NCBI GenBank assembly: GCA_041750285.1
Contig: JBGSZS010000019.1
Location: forward strand, 64,001 to 128,000
DNA: 64,000 bases
Direction of reading: 5' to 3'
From: Candidatus Fermentibacteraceae bacterium
Lineage (GTDB): Bacteria > Fermentibacterota > Fermentibacteria > Fermentibacterales > JCC-6
The notes under the pieces are model-generated. The model saw only the letters and a program-made list of their open reading frames with translations. It made no database searches and was not told the DNA's origin. Shown piece by piece: positions 19,791-29,772 of this stretch. How positions within the stretch are numbered: position 1 is the first letter of the stretch; each line of letters opens with the position of its first letter. The translations under genes were made by a program, and so were the position numbers.

Positions 19791-21005
19791 CTACAATCTC
19801 CGTATGAGCATGTCGAGCGCATGTGCCGTTTCGACGACCTTCGAGCAGTCAACGATCCCTGGGTTGTCCTTCCCGGTGTGGGTCACGTCCTGAGTATCCA
19901 TGTTAGTGATCAACCACATGGACGAGACTGCCAGCGCCGGACAGCCCATCTGGACGAAAATGCTGTGGTCCCCCTGGGGCCACCGGGGACCCTCAACGAT
20001 GCCTGGAAACAGCTCCAGGACACGGTTTGCCTCTGCCATGAGAGGCTCTGGCAAGTCGAAGAAGGAAAAAGAGGTCTTCCCATCCCTGTATCCCGCTCCG
20101 TCAATGTTGATGTTCAGAAGGATGTCTCCGAACCTGTTCCGGTTCATCCCGATGTACTGCATCTGCCCCGGAACTGCGTAGTAGTCCTCGCCATTCAGGG
20201 CGGCCAGTTCGATCAGCCTGTCTCCCCCATAGTCTGCCAGCAGTTCCGCCAGCAGCAGGAGTACCGCCACTCCTGTGGCATTGTCAATCGCACCCGGAGT
20301 TCCCGGTTTTGCGTCTATGTGAGCGGTTACGACCACCCTTTTGCCCCCGGTGGTTCCCCGGGAGGCAATGACGTTGAAAGCCTTCTCGGGTATTCGGGCC
20401 GACCCGGATTCAAGGTGGGCAACCCTTCCGGTAAAGGGCAACAGTCTTATGCCTTCCTCCTCTGTCATATAAACCGACGGGATGTCGAAATCGCCATCCT
20501 CGATGAGTGGGAAGGGGTAAACCCCGCCCGCAAGCGATGAATTTCTGCCTGTTGCGCAAACGATTGCAGCGGGTTGCCTCTCTTCAAGGGTTCTTGTCAA
20601 GGCCCGGTGGTGGTCCGGATTGTAGAAGACGAAGTTCTTGGGCATGATCTGCTCACATGCCAACCCACCGTGGAGGAGCAGTACTTTCCCGTATGCGTCA
20701 GTTGCTTGGAGCTCCTCCAAGGTTGAAGCGGAGATCAAGGGCGCTCCTACCCTGCAACCATGGCTGTAGGGGCTTGCCTTTACGGCAAATGCACGGCCTG
20801 AAACCGAAAGTGTCGCCTTCCCGCCGTTCCAACCGATCACATCCATTTCGTGGGATTCCACAAGCCAGCCGAACCGCCGGGCTTCAGCCTCGAAGAATGA
20901 TGTGGCCATCCTGTTGCCCGGGCTTCCCACGCAACGTTCCGGGATGACCGAACAAAGCTGATCCATTAGCCTGGAACAGCGTTCCTGGAAGTGTTCCATG
21001 TTCAC
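19791..21005 (-). CDS. M28-family aminopeptidase with PA-like insert
   Basis: TAHID, GAIDNATG, NGED, NIDG, GDH, HT..D. Confidence 0.88.
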   Translation of the reverse strand: MNMEHFQERCSRLMDQLCSVIPERCVGSPGNRMATSFFEAEARRFGWLVESHEMDVIGWNGGKATLSVSGRAFAVKASPYSHGCRVGAPLISASTLEELQATDAYGKVLLLHGGLACEQIMPKNFVFYNPDHHRALTRTLEERQPAAIVCATGRNSSLAGGVYPFPLIEDGDFDIPSVYMTEEEGIRLLPFTGRVAHLESGSARIPEKAFNVIASRGTTGGKRVVVTAHIDAKPGTPGAIDNATGVAVLLLLAELLADYGGDRLIELAALNGEDYYAVPGQMQYIGMNRNRFGDILLNINIDGAGYRDGKTSFSFFDLPEPLMAEANRVLELFPGIVEGPRWPQGDHSIFVQMGCPALAVSSMWLITNMDTQDVTHTGKDNPGIVDCSKVVETAHALDMLIRRL

Positions 21006-21098
21006 CTCAGTGCTTTAAAAAAGCTTCAGACAATCGGGTACGTTCACTGTACTGGTCATTTTGCCGTCCCTCGATTCTCGTCCGGGGCAGGTCCCGTT

Positions 21099-21506
21099 CT
21101 ACCGAATCAGGGGTTCCGACACCGACAGGCCCTCCCGGTTCACGGAGACGTAGATGATCTCGGACACCAGCTCGCTTTCTTCGCTGCAGGAAGTCCTGTC
21201 AAAGCGGAAGTGCACCGTGTACCCTCCCAACTCCTCATATCCCTGTTCGTGGGTCGTCCGCAGTGAGGAGAGCGGGAAACCGTTGAGTCTTGAAAGCTCG
21301 TCTTCGCTCAGGACGTGTGTCTTGCCAAAGGCGCTGATCGTGAAGGAACTCCATACGCCTGACTCCACGGTGACGCTGATCGAGATCTCTCCGGCCCCGG
21401 GGGTTCCCTCGACTTGAACCAATGCAGAGGTCCAGTCCAGAAACTCCTCCTCGGAGGCGAATGTCACGCTGAAAAGCAGAAGCGAAACAACTATGATCCT
21501 GTTCAT
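21099..21506 (-). CDS. Hypothetical exported protein
   Basis: Signal-peptide-like N-terminus (MNRIIVVSLLLFSVTFA) and AAAGGA upstream; no motif recognised. Confidence 0.6.
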   Translation of the reverse strand: MNRIIVVSLLLFSVTFASEEEFLDWTSALVQVEGTPGAGEISISVTVESGVWSSFTISAFGKTHVLSEDELSRLNGFPLSSLRTTHEQGYEELGGYTVHFRFDRTSCSEESELVSEIIYVSVNREGLSVSEPLIR

Positions 21507-21732
21507 GCTTTCCTTTCATCCGAAGCAGAAACATGGGCATCCGGCCATTCATCCGCTCCCGGGCAACGGCTTGCTGTTAGGCACGACAGGTCTCATGTTC
21601 CTTTCAGCAACCGGCCAATGATCGAATATGGTTCGACCTGTGCAAAGACGGAAGCATGAGGGAATTGATTCCAGGACAATGTTATACGGCGGTAAACTAA
21701 GTTATCTTAGTCCGTCCCCTAAGGAGGGTGCT

Positions 21733-22134
21733 ATGGGAATGATGAAGGAGTTCAAGGCGTTCGCCATGCGGGGGAACGTGATGGACATGGCGGTGGGCAT
21801 AATCATCGGCGCGGCGTTCGGGAAGATAATCTCGTCGCTGGTGGCCGATGTGATAATGCCTCCGATCGGTCTGCTCGTCGGGGGCGTCAACTTCACCGAC
21901 CTTGCGCTGGTCATCAGGGAGGCTGCAGGCGAGACCGCCGCGGTGACACTGAACTACGGGGTCTTCCTGCAGACGCTTCTCGATTTCATCATCGTTGCTT
22001 TCGCCATTTTCATGATGGTCAAGGGGATGAACAGGCTTTCCCGCAAAAAGGCCGAGGCTCCTGCGGCACCACCCGCACCTTCTGCGGAAGTGGCACTGCT
22101 GGGTGAGATCAGGGACATTCTGAAGCAGAAGTAG
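21733..22134 (+). CDS. mscL: Large-conductance mechanosensitive channel
   Basis: [44 protein letters not shown]. Confidence 0.98.
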   Translation: MGMMKEFKAFAMRGNVMDMAVGIIIGAAFGKIISSLVADVIMPPIGLLVGGVNFTDLALVIREAAGETAAVTLNYGVFLQTLLDFIIVAFAIFMMVKGMNRLSRKKAEAPAAPPAPSAEVALLGEIRDILKQK

Positions 22135-22180
22135 GGATTGTGCCCTTCCTGCCCGGAAGGTCTTGGGCTATCTTCCGGCC

Positions 22181-24988
22181 ATGATCGTTCCAGGCCTTCT
22201 TCTGTCAGTCGTGGCGTCCGTCACGGTCAGGGTGGGGTACGAAGAGAACCCTCCCATGGCCTTTACCAACCCCTCAGGCGAGCCGGACGGTTTCTACGTC
22301 GAGCTGGTGAACGACATCGCACGGTCCGAGGACTGGGATCTCGAGTACGTTCCGGGGGAGTGGTCAGAACTTCTCGAGTGGCTTGAAAGCGGCGAGATAG
22401 ATCTCCTTCTTTCCATTGCCTCGACGCCCGCCCGCAGGGAACGGTTTCTCTTCCCGGAGAACAGCGTCTATTCAGGGTGGTCCACGGTGGCCGTACGGCG
22501 TTCCGGAAGGTTCGGCTCTATGGCCGATCTCGAGGGCGCGACAATTGCCATGATCCACGAAGACATCCACTCCATGACATTCCTGGAACTCGTGGAAAGG
22601 CTTGGTGTGGATGTTGCGCCGCTCTGGGTCCCGAATTTCAACATGGCGATGCAGGCGGTGGCCAGCGGAACGGCCGATGGCGCTGCGGTTCCGTGGCACG
22701 CCGTGGCCTTTTTCGGACCCGACCTTGGCCTTGAGGGGTCGCCGGTGGTGTGGAACCCCGTTCAGACCAGCATAGCTGGAACCCCCCGGACGGCGGCTCC
22801 CCTGATAGATGCCATAGACGCCCGGCTTGCCGCCTTGAAGGCCGATGACGAGTCTTCGTACTACGCCCTCCGCAGCAAGTGGATCTTCCCCGAAGCAGTC
22901 TCCCATCAAAGGTTTCTGCTTGTCACCCTTGGTGTGCTGGCCCTGTCGGGCGTTGTGTTCATTTTCGTCAGCAACCTGAGGTTGAGCCGGGAGGTCAGGA
23001 AGAAAAACCGGGCCCTCAGGGTGAATTCCACCCTTGCAACCGTGGCCGGTGCCGTGAACAAGGTGGACTCGCTCGACGAACTGTGCGGCAGGCTCGTGGG
23101 GGCTCTGTCCGGCGTCATGGAGACCTCGAACCTTTTCGTTGCTGTCTATGTCCCTGAAAGGGACGTGTTCCGAATCCCGAAAATACTGGACAGGTTTGAC
23201 GAGTACTCCGAGATCGACAATCCGGGATCACTTACCCACAACGTGTTCCGCTCCAACACTGCAGTCAGGTGGAACCGGGAAGAGATCAGCGCCTACTACC
23301 GCCGGACCGGCGGAGTGCAGGTGGGGACGCCTGCCGAGCAGTGGCTGGGCGTTCCCCTGAGGGCAGGAAAGGAACCGGTCGGCGTGGTGGCAGTTCAAAG
23401 CTACGACAGGGCCGACCAGTTCACCGAGGAGGATCAGGAGCTTCTCGAGACCGTGGGCTCCCAGCTCGGCAACGCCATACTCCGCATGCGTGCGATCGAG
23501 GATCTCACTGCATCCAGGGGGCGTCTGTCGAGGCTGATGGCCGCTGATCCCTCGGCGATCCTTCTTCTCGATGAGAACGGCGTTGTTCAGGACTGCAATC
23601 CTCAGGCCCGCAACATCCTGGGTTGCGGCTGCAAAGACCTCATGGGTCTCGACTTCTACGGTTTCCTGCGGCGGGGCGCGGAGCGGTTGAGGTGTTTCCT
23701 CGACCCAGAATCTCCCGACGAGGAGTTCCGGTTCACCGGGCAGGTCTCAAGACCCGACGGATCTTGTTTCCCCTTCGAGGCCAGGGGTTCCGTCTTCGAG
23801 GAATCCGGCAGAAGGCTTTTCTTCGTGGGAATCCAGGACGACACGCGGAAGCTCGCGCTCGAGGCCGAAGCCGCGCGGAACGAGAGGCTTGAATCGGTCG
23901 GCGTTCTGGCCGGGGGCATCGCACACGACTTCAACAACATCCTCACGGGGATACTGGCGAACCTCAGCCTTCTGAAGCGCGAGAAACCGGCCTCGAAGAA
24001 GTTCATATCACTTGCGGAGGATGCCGAGAAGGCAGCCCTGAGCGCAAGGCACCTCACCAACCAGCTCCTCACGTTCGCCCAGGGGGGCGCGCCCGTGAAA
24101 AGGGCGGTACACACCGCCGAGCTTCTGGAGCAGTCCACGAGGTTTCTGCTTCGGGGGTCTGGAGTGTCATTCTCGATCGAATCCGACGGCGACCTCTGGA
24201 ATCTCGAAGCCGATCCCGGGCAGTTCTCACAGGTCGTGAGCAACCTTGTCCTGAATGCGAAGCAGGCCATGAACGATTCGGGGAGTCTGAGCATTTCCGC
24301 CCGGAACACCACGCTGAAGGCTACTGACGAAGAGGGGCTGCCTTCGGGAAGGTATGTGAGGATCCTCTTCATGGATTCCGGGCCGGGGATTCCCGGAGCC
24401 ATCGCCGACAGGGTTTTCGATCCCTATTTCACCACACGGGAGAAGGGACACGGGCTGGGCCTCACGACCAGCCACTCCATTGTCGTGAGGCATGGGGGAA
24501 GGATCAGGATACTCCCATCCGACAAGGGGGCGCATTTCGAAGTGCTCATGCCCGCTGCACTTGCAGGAACACCTGCGCAGCCCCTGATCTCCGGAGTCTC
24601 CACCGAACACAGGGAGAGGATCCTCATTCTCGATGACGAGGAGATCGTGCGCAAGGCTGCACTCAACCTTCTGGGCTCACTGGGGTGCACGGTCGACGAG
24701 GCCCCGGACGGGGCAACGGCCATCTCGATGTACCGGAGCGCCCTCGATGAAGGCCGCAGGTACGACGCGGTGATAATGGACCTGACGATTCCCGGCGGGA
24801 TGGGTGGTGAACAGGCCGTGCGCGAGGTTCTTTCCATCGACCCTGACGCGAGGGTGATAGTGTCCAGCGGTTACGCCGGCAACAGCATCATGGTCAGGTA
24901 TCGTGACTTCGGGTTCAGCGGGGTGCTCGGCAAGCCCTACACGCTTTCGGAGCTATCCGACGTGATAAGGCGTGTCGTTCAGGGCTGA
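22181..24988 (+). CDS. Hybrid sensor histidine kinase (periplasmic-binding domain, TM, GAF, PAS, HisKA/HATPase, receiver)
   Basis: LAGGIAHDFNN, NLVLNA, DSGPG, FDPYFTT, GLGL, receiver DLTIPG..KPY. Start could be 22163. Confidence 0.92.
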   Translation: MIVPGLLLSVVASVTVRVGYEENPPMAFTNPSGEPDGFYVELVNDIARSEDWDLEYVPGEWSELLEWLESGEIDLLLSIASTPARRERFLFPENSVYSGWSTVAVRRSGRFGSMADLEGATIAMIHEDIHSMTFLELVERLGVDVAPLWVPNFNMAMQAVASGTADGAAVPWHAVAFFGPDLGLEGSPVVWNPVQTSIAGTPRTAAPLIDAIDARLAALKADDESSYYALRSKWIFPEAVSHQRFLLVTLGVLALSGVVFIFVSNLRLSREVRKKNRALRVNSTLATVAGAVNKVDSLDELCGRLVGALSGVMETSNLFVAVYVPERDVFRIPKILDRFDEYSEIDNPGSLTHNVFRSNTAVRWNREEISAYYRRTGGVQVGTPAEQWLGVPLRAGKEPVGVVAVQSYDRADQFTEEDQELLETVGSQLGNAILRMRAIEDLTASRGRLSRLMAADPSAILLLDENGVVQDCNPQARNILGCGCKDLMGLDFYGFLRRGAERLRCFLDPESPDEEFRFTGQVSRPDGSCFPFEARGSVFEESGRRLFFVGIQDDTRKLALEAEAARNERLESVGVLAGGIAHDFNNILTGILANLSLLKREKPASKKFISLAEDAEKAALSARHLTNQLLTFAQGGAPVKRAVHTAELLEQSTRFLLRGSGVSFSIESDGDLWNLEADPGQFSQVVSNLVLNAKQAMNDSGSLSISARNTTLKATDEEGLPSGRYVRILFMDSGPGIPGAIADRVFDPYFTTREKGHGLGLTTSHSIVVRHGGRIRILPSDKGAHFEVLMPAALAGTPAQPLISGVSTEHRERILILDDEEIVRKAALNLLGSLGCTVDEAPDGATAISMYRSALDEGRRYDAVIMDLTIPGGMGGEQAVREVLSIDPDARVIVSSGYAGNSIMVRYRDFGFSGVLGKPYTLSELSDVIRRVVQG

Positions 24989-25098
24989 TCCGGCGCTCCG
25001 GTTCGCCAAGTCTGTGCCCGGCATCGGGAAAACCCTTGAAATGGAACATGATGACGGATTTCAGTGTATATTGCCCAGTGAAATACAGGGAGGTCTTT

Positions 25099-25485
25099 GT
25101 GACAAGGACACAGGTTCGCTCAAGCAGCGCTCCGGCGCCAGTGGGTCCGTACAGCCAGGCCATTCTCGCTGGAGGGCTTGTTTTCGTGAGCGGTCAGCTC
25201 GGTATCAACCCCGCAACCGGCACGATGCCCCCGACGGTCGAGGAACAGGCCGAACTTGCACTCGAAAATCTGAAGGCCGTTCTGGAGGCCGGAGGATCAT
25301 CCCTTGACCGGGTGGTCAAGACGACAGTACTCCTTGCGGACATGAAGGATTTTGCCAGGGTCAACGGCGTATACGCACGCTACTTCAGCGAGCCCTTCCC
25401 CGCCAGGGCGGCCTACCAGGTCGCCGGGCTTCCCCTGGGGGGGCTTGTGGAAATAGAGGCAACAGCCCTTTCCGGAAGGGACTGA
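25099..25485 (+). CDS. ridA: RidA/YjgF-family enamine deaminase
   Basis: GPYSQA, VSGQL, VVKTTV, FPARA, VEIEA. GTG start after GGGAGG. Confidence 0.93.
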   Translation: MTRTQVRSSSAPAPVGPYSQAILAGGLVFVSGQLGINPATGTMPPTVEEQAELALENLKAVLEAGGSSLDRVVKTTVLLADMKDFARVNGVYARYFSEPFPARAAYQVAGLPLGGLVEIEATALSGRD

Positions 25486-25486
25486 C

Positions 25487-26155
25487 ATGCTGGGTCTGGT
25501 CTGGTCCACGGTTACCGCCTCCGACGGGTTCACCAAGTTCATCCTCCTTCTGATCCTCGTGTTGTCACTGGGCGCATGGTCGGTGGCCATATCGAAGCTG
25601 AAGGAACTTTCACGGATAAGCGGGGCTTCGCGCATGTTCATGGAAGCCCTGCGGACAACGGGGCGCCCCCCCGGTGGGGACTTTCTGAAGAACAGTTCGG
25701 AAATGGGGCCATTGGCCAGGATGTACGCCGAGGCCGGGAGGTTCCTGCGCCGCAGGAGCGACCTCGGCATAACCGGCCCCCTCACGGGCGAAGAGGTCGC
25801 GATCCTTCACGGAGCTCTCGAGAGGGAGGCAAGCGAAGACCTGGCCCAGCGAAGCCGGAACATCGGATTTCTGGCCACTGTCACCAGTGTCAGCCCCCTG
25901 CTCGGGCTTCTTGGAACGGTCTGGGGCGTGCTGGCGAGTTTCATCGGAATGCGGGAGATGGGCTCGGCTGACATCAGCGCCGTGGGCTCGGGCATCGCCG
26001 CCGCCCTGACCACCACCGTGGCGGGGCTTCTTGCCGCCATTCCGGCAAACGTTTTCCACAACTACTCAGTCGGGAAGGTCGACGATCTGGCGGGAGAGAT
26101 AGACCGCTTCCTCTCCGAACTCGTCGATGTGTGCAGAAGGGGCAGCATTACATGA
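25487..26155 (+). CDS. tolQ: TolQ/ExbB proton-channel protein
   Basis: SPLLGLLGTVWG, ALTTTVAGL..AIPA; tol-pal context. Confidence 0.88.
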   Translation: MLGLVWSTVTASDGFTKFILLLILVLSLGAWSVAISKLKELSRISGASRMFMEALRTTGRPPGGDFLKNSSEMGPLARMYAEAGRFLRRRSDLGITGPLTGEEVAILHGALEREASEDLAQRSRNIGFLATVTSVSPLLGLLGTVWGVLASFIGMREMGSADISAVGSGIAAALTTTVAGLLAAIPANVFHNYSVGKVDDLAGEIDRFLSELVDVCRRGSIT

Positions 26156-26565
26156 TCCGTCCCCGTTACCGGCAGTTCTCGAGCATCAACGTCACGAATC
26201 TCGTGGATGTCACGTTCGTCCTGCTGGTGATCTTCATGCTTAGCGCGCCGGTGATCCACCGCAGCGCCGATGTCAGGCCCCCTTCGACCGATCAGGGACG
26301 GATACTGAGCCGGCTTGACCCCGGAACGTCCCTTCTGGTTGAGATCGACGCCCTTGGGAACATCACCGTGGCCGGTGAACCGGTGGCTCCGGCTGACCTC
26401 TCCGGCCTCGCGGCCGCCGCACTTGCGGGGGGACGCACCGAAGCATTCGTCAGGGCCGACGGCGAAGCACGCTACACGGTGCTTGCCCTGGCTCTCACCG
26501 AGCTGCGCAGGGGCGGGTACGAAAACGTCGGCCTCGTACAGGAGTCCGTCAGTGAACAGCCCTGA
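26152..26565 (+). CDS. tolR: TolR/ExbD protein
   Basis: INVTNLVDVTFVLLVIFM, VRAD. Confidence 0.88.
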   Translation: MIRPRYRQFSSINVTNLVDVTFVLLVIFMLSAPVIHRSADVRPPSTDQGRILSRLDPGTSLLVEIDALGNITVAGEPVAPADLSGLAAAALAGGRTEAFVRADGEARYTVLALALTELRRGGYENVGLVQESVSEQP

Positions 26566-27262
26566 AGCTTTCCGCAGGCCCCCGAGCCATGCTCCGGTCA
26601 TCGACCGGTCCGCCATGGTCATGTCCTTCGGGGTTCATGCGGGGATGCTCGTCCTGATGATAGTCGCCGGCCTGATAATGAACTCCGGCCCGGCCCCCGT
26701 GATCATGGGGGGTGGTTCCATGGTTTCGGTCGAGATGGTGGTGCTCGATTCCGAATCGAATCCCGGCAACCCGGGCAACGTCGCCACCGAGGCCGGGGAT
26801 ACGCAGGTCGAAGAAGCCGTTCAGGTGCCCGAACTGATACAGGAGCTGATGGAGACCACCGAGGTGGAGCCCGTCGAGGTCGAGCCCGTTGAAGTTCAGC
26901 CCGTCGAGGTCGAGCCCGTTGAAGTCCAGCCCGCTGAAGTTCAACCCGCCGGCCAGTTCGTCACCATCGGTTCATCGGGAGAGGCCGGCGCCGGTGCGCC
27001 CGGTCCGGCAAGCTATGAGGGAAGGGTCTTTGCAGCCATCAGAAGGAACTTCGTAACATCCACCGATCCACCCAACACATACCGCATACACTTCACCGTG
27101 AACCTTGACGGGACGTACAGGTACGAGGTCGTAAGGCAGAGCGGGAACTCCGCCTTCGACAGGGCTGTCGAGCACGCCCTCGAAACTGCAAGCATCCCTC
27201 CCATGCCTCCGGGACGAACGACACCGGTCAGATTGAGCATCGAGTTTCTGGGTCCCGAGTAA
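26552..27262 (+). CDS. TolA/TonB-like energy transducer
   Basis: TM segment with S..VH, acidic Pro-rich linker, C-terminal SGNSAFDRAV..A..IPP domain; lies between tolR and tolB. Confidence 0.8.
   Translation: MNSPEAFRRPPSHAPVIDRSAMVMSFGVHAGMLVLMIVAGLIMNSGPAPVIMGGGSMVSVEMVVLDSESNPGNPGNVATEAGDTQVEEAVQVPELIQELMETTEVEPVEVEPVEVQPVEVEPVEVQPAEVQPAGQFVTIGSSGEAGAGAPGPASYEGRVFAAIRRNFVTSTDPPNTYRIHFTVNLDGTYRYEVVRQSGNSAFDRAVEHALETASIPPMPPGRTTPVRLSIEFLGPE
26861..26950 (+). repeat. Six imperfect 15-bp tandem repeats encoding EV(E/Q)P(V/A)
   Basis: gaggtggagcccgtc / gaggtcgagcccgtt / gaagttcagcccgtc / gaggtcgagcccgtt / gaagtccagcccgct / gaagttcaacccgcc. Confidence 0.95.
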
Positions 27263-27286
27263 TCCGGGACGTGAGGGGAGAAACCT

Positions 27287-28468
27287 TTGAGAGTGTTTTT
27301 TCTGATCCTCATTATTGCGTTGCCTGTCTGCCTTGCGGCAGCCGAGTTCCTTCCCATGACGCCGATAGGCGCCCAGTGCCTTCCAGTGAGCGTTCGTGTG
27401 GAGGGAGAGGGCGGGGGCGCGGTAACCGTCCGCGATCAGCTCGTTTTCGACATCGATTTTTCGGGGCTTCTCATAACCGTTCCCGAGAACGAGGCCTTCG
27501 TGAAGCTTTCCGCCCGGGTTTCGGGAAGCGAGGGGAGCTGGAACATCTCCGCCAGGGCCGAAGCCGAGGGCGAAGGGGTGCTCATCAAGGAATATCAGGG
27601 CTCATCTCTTCACGATATGGTGCACAGCCTATCGGATGACCTGGTGTTCGCCCTCACCGGCGAACAGGGCATAGCATCCACCCGTATCGCCTACATTGTA
27701 CGGGGGGGGGAGGAGTGGAGGCTCGTCGTCAAATCCCTTGACCCCAGGCCGTCGGCCACCATCATGCGGGACGGGCAGGTTCTGACCACCCCCGCCTGGA
27801 GCCCGCTCGGCGACCGCATCGCCTTCACGTCGTACAGGGCGGGAACGGGCGACATCTACACGTATTCATTCACCTCGGGTTCTGCATCCCGTATCATTTC
27901 GGGCGGTGTGAACACCGCTCCTGCCTGGAGCCCTGACGGAAGCCATCTTGCATTCACCCGTTCCGAGAACGGAAGCTCCGACCTCTGGCTCTACAGCGTC
28001 TCGGGTGGCGGTTCCACCCCCCTCACCGCCCGGAGCAGCATCGAGACATCGGCCAGCTTCTCGCCCAACGGGCTTCAGCTGATCTTCACCAGCGACCGGG
28101 TGGGCTATCCCCAGCTCTACTGGATGAGCGCTTCAGGCGGAAGCGCCGAGAGGGCGGGATTTTCACACGGCTACTGCGACAGCCCGTCGTGGTCGCCCCG
28201 GGGCGACATGATAGCCTACTGCGCCAGGGCGGGAAGCGGTTTTCACATCTTCGTGATGAACTCGGACAGGACCGAGATACGGCAGGTTACGACCCGGGGA
28301 ACCCTCAACGAAGACCCTGTCTGGTCCCCCACTGGCCGCCATCTGGCCTTTTCCAGCGACATGGACGGTGTGCGGAGCATTTACATGATGGAGTTGAACA
28401 GTTTGAAGGTTCACAGGCTCTCCACCGGCGGAGAGAGTTACTGCCCGGCATGGTCGCCGGTGCGCTAG
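27287..28468 (+). CDS. tolB: TolB beta-propeller protein
   Basis: TGEQGIASTRIAY and repeated P.WSP.G (PD40-type) units. Confidence 0.92.
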   Translation: MRVFFLILIIALPVCLAAAEFLPMTPIGAQCLPVSVRVEGEGGGAVTVRDQLVFDIDFSGLLITVPENEAFVKLSARVSGSEGSWNISARAEAEGEGVLIKEYQGSSLHDMVHSLSDDLVFALTGEQGIASTRIAYIVRGGEEWRLVVKSLDPRPSATIMRDGQVLTTPAWSPLGDRIAFTSYRAGTGDIYTYSFTSGSASRIISGGVNTAPAWSPDGSHLAFTRSENGSSDLWLYSVSGGGSTPLTARSSIETSASFSPNGLQLIFTSDRVGYPQLYWMSASGGSAERAGFSHGYCDSPSWSPRGDMIAYCARAGSGFHIFVMNSDRTEIRQVTTRGTLNEDPVWSPTGRHLAFSSDMDGVRSIYMMELNSLKVHRLSTGGESYCPAWSPVR

Positions 28469-28483
28469 GGAAGGATGGAAGAG

Positions 28484-28990
28484 ATGAAAAAGCCTGCGTT
28501 GATGGCGGGGTTGCTCCTGCTTCTGGTCGCCTTTGCCGGCTGCAACCGAACGACCGTGGTCGAGGACGACGTGATCGTAAGTGACACTCTCGTGACCGGC
28601 GTATGGGAGGAAGACCCCCTGATCGCTCTGAATGCAGCTCTTGCCAGGCATCAGGAGGCACTTCGCGACGTTTTCTTCGAGTACGACTCCAACGAGCTGA
28701 GCAGCGCGGCCCTCGAAGCACTGATGTTCGACGCCGGCTACATGATGAGCAACACCGGTTTCAAGGTCCTTCTCGAGGGCCACTGCGACGAGCGCGGAAC
28801 CGTTGACTACAACCTTGCCCTTGGAGAGAGGCGCGCCCAGTCCGTCTACCAGTACCTTGTGAACTACGGTATTCCGGCATCCAGGCTCTCAACGGTCAGC
28901 TACGGAAAGGAAAGACCTTTCGCAACGGGCTCGGACGAGTACGCCTTCTCCCAGAACCGCAGGGTCCACCTGCGTGTGATGCCGGAGTAG
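28484..28990 (+). CDS. pal: Peptidoglycan-associated lipoprotein
   Basis: Lipobox FAGC, EGHCDERGT.DYNLALGERRA, SYGKERP, QNRR. Confidence 0.95.
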   Translation: MKKPALMAGLLLLLVAFAGCNRTTVVEDDVIVSDTLVTGVWEEDPLIALNAALARHQEALRDVFFEYDSNELSSAALEALMFDAGYMMSNTGFKVLLEGHCDERGTVDYNLALGERRAQSVYQYLVNYGIPASRLSTVSYGKERPFATGSDEYAFSQNRRVHLRVMPE

Positions 28991-29667
28991 TGCCCGTGAA
29001 GAGGGGCGTTCTTTATGCGGCCTTTCTGATGCCGCTTTTCTGCGGGTGCTGGCTTTCAACATGGTCCAAGGCTCCCGGCAGGGTTGAGAAACTCGCGGTC
29101 TCCCACGAGGAGATGAGGGTCGAGATCGATTCCATCGCCGCCGGGGTCGAGAGGAGCCAGCATCTTCTGCGGGGGATCCAGGCGCAGGCAGGCATGCGCA
29201 GTTCCGACGAAACCCAGCATCTCGGCGAACTGGTCAGCCAGCTCGAGGCTGCATTGGCCAGGTTCTCGCAGGCCAGGGTCGGGCAGGACGACGAGGCCGG
29301 GGCCGCCGAGCCCATATACGAAGACGCATTCAGGCAGTACCAGCAGGGCGACTACACTAGGGCTGCACAGGGCTTCAGACAGGTCTACTCCGAGTACCCG
29401 AGAAGCGTTCTGGCGGACGACGCCCTCTACTTCGCAGCGCTCTGCAACCAGGCCCTGGGTCAGCCCCACCGGGCCATAGAGGAACTGGTGGCCGTGTACT
29501 TCATGTACCCTTCGGGAGACAGGACCGCCTCGGCCCTTGCAAGGGCGGCTGCGATCTACGCCCTCCACACCGCTGAAACCGAGAGGGACAGGCTTGAGGC
29601 CATAATCCTCCAGGAATACCCCCAGAGTGACGAGGCCAGACTGATCCGTCAGCGCACCGGAAGGTAG
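28990..29667 (+). CDS. cpoB: CpoB/YbgF-like TPR protein
   Basis: Coiled-coil then TPR region (YP.S.LADDALY ... YPQSDEA), directly after pal. Confidence 0.8.
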   Translation: MPVKRGVLYAAFLMPLFCGCWLSTWSKAPGRVEKLAVSHEEMRVEIDSIAAGVERSQHLLRGIQAQAGMRSSDETQHLGELVSQLEAALARFSQARVGQDDEAGAAEPIYEDAFRQYQQGDYTRAAQGFRQVYSEYPRSVLADDALYFAALCNQALGQPHRAIEELVAVYFMYPSGDRTASALARAAAIYALHTAETERDRLEAIILQEYPQSDEARLIRQRTGR

Positions 29668-29772
29668 CGGGAATCCCGCAAATCCGGCATATTAGCCGGT
29701 CAGGACAAGTGCTGCCCGGGACCACCCGGGCAGCAGCGGCCATTGAACGCAACACCCAAGAGCGGAAATCAC

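Noticed and set aside
21507..21620. GTTAGGC/GCCTAAC near a run of short minus-strand genes, resembling an integron attC core
   Set aside because: No matching inverted-repeat arms, no repeated sites between the other genes, and no integrase in the window.
26861..26950. Repeat array considered as a CRISPR
   Set aside because: Contiguous in-frame coding repeats with no spacers and no cas genes.
27702..27710. G9 tract in tolB (and G8 at 51365-51372 in the 5'-nucleotidase) as possible phase-variation sites
   Set aside because: Both are in frame and fall in Gly-codon runs of a GC-rich genome. There is no evidence of length variation from a single sequence.
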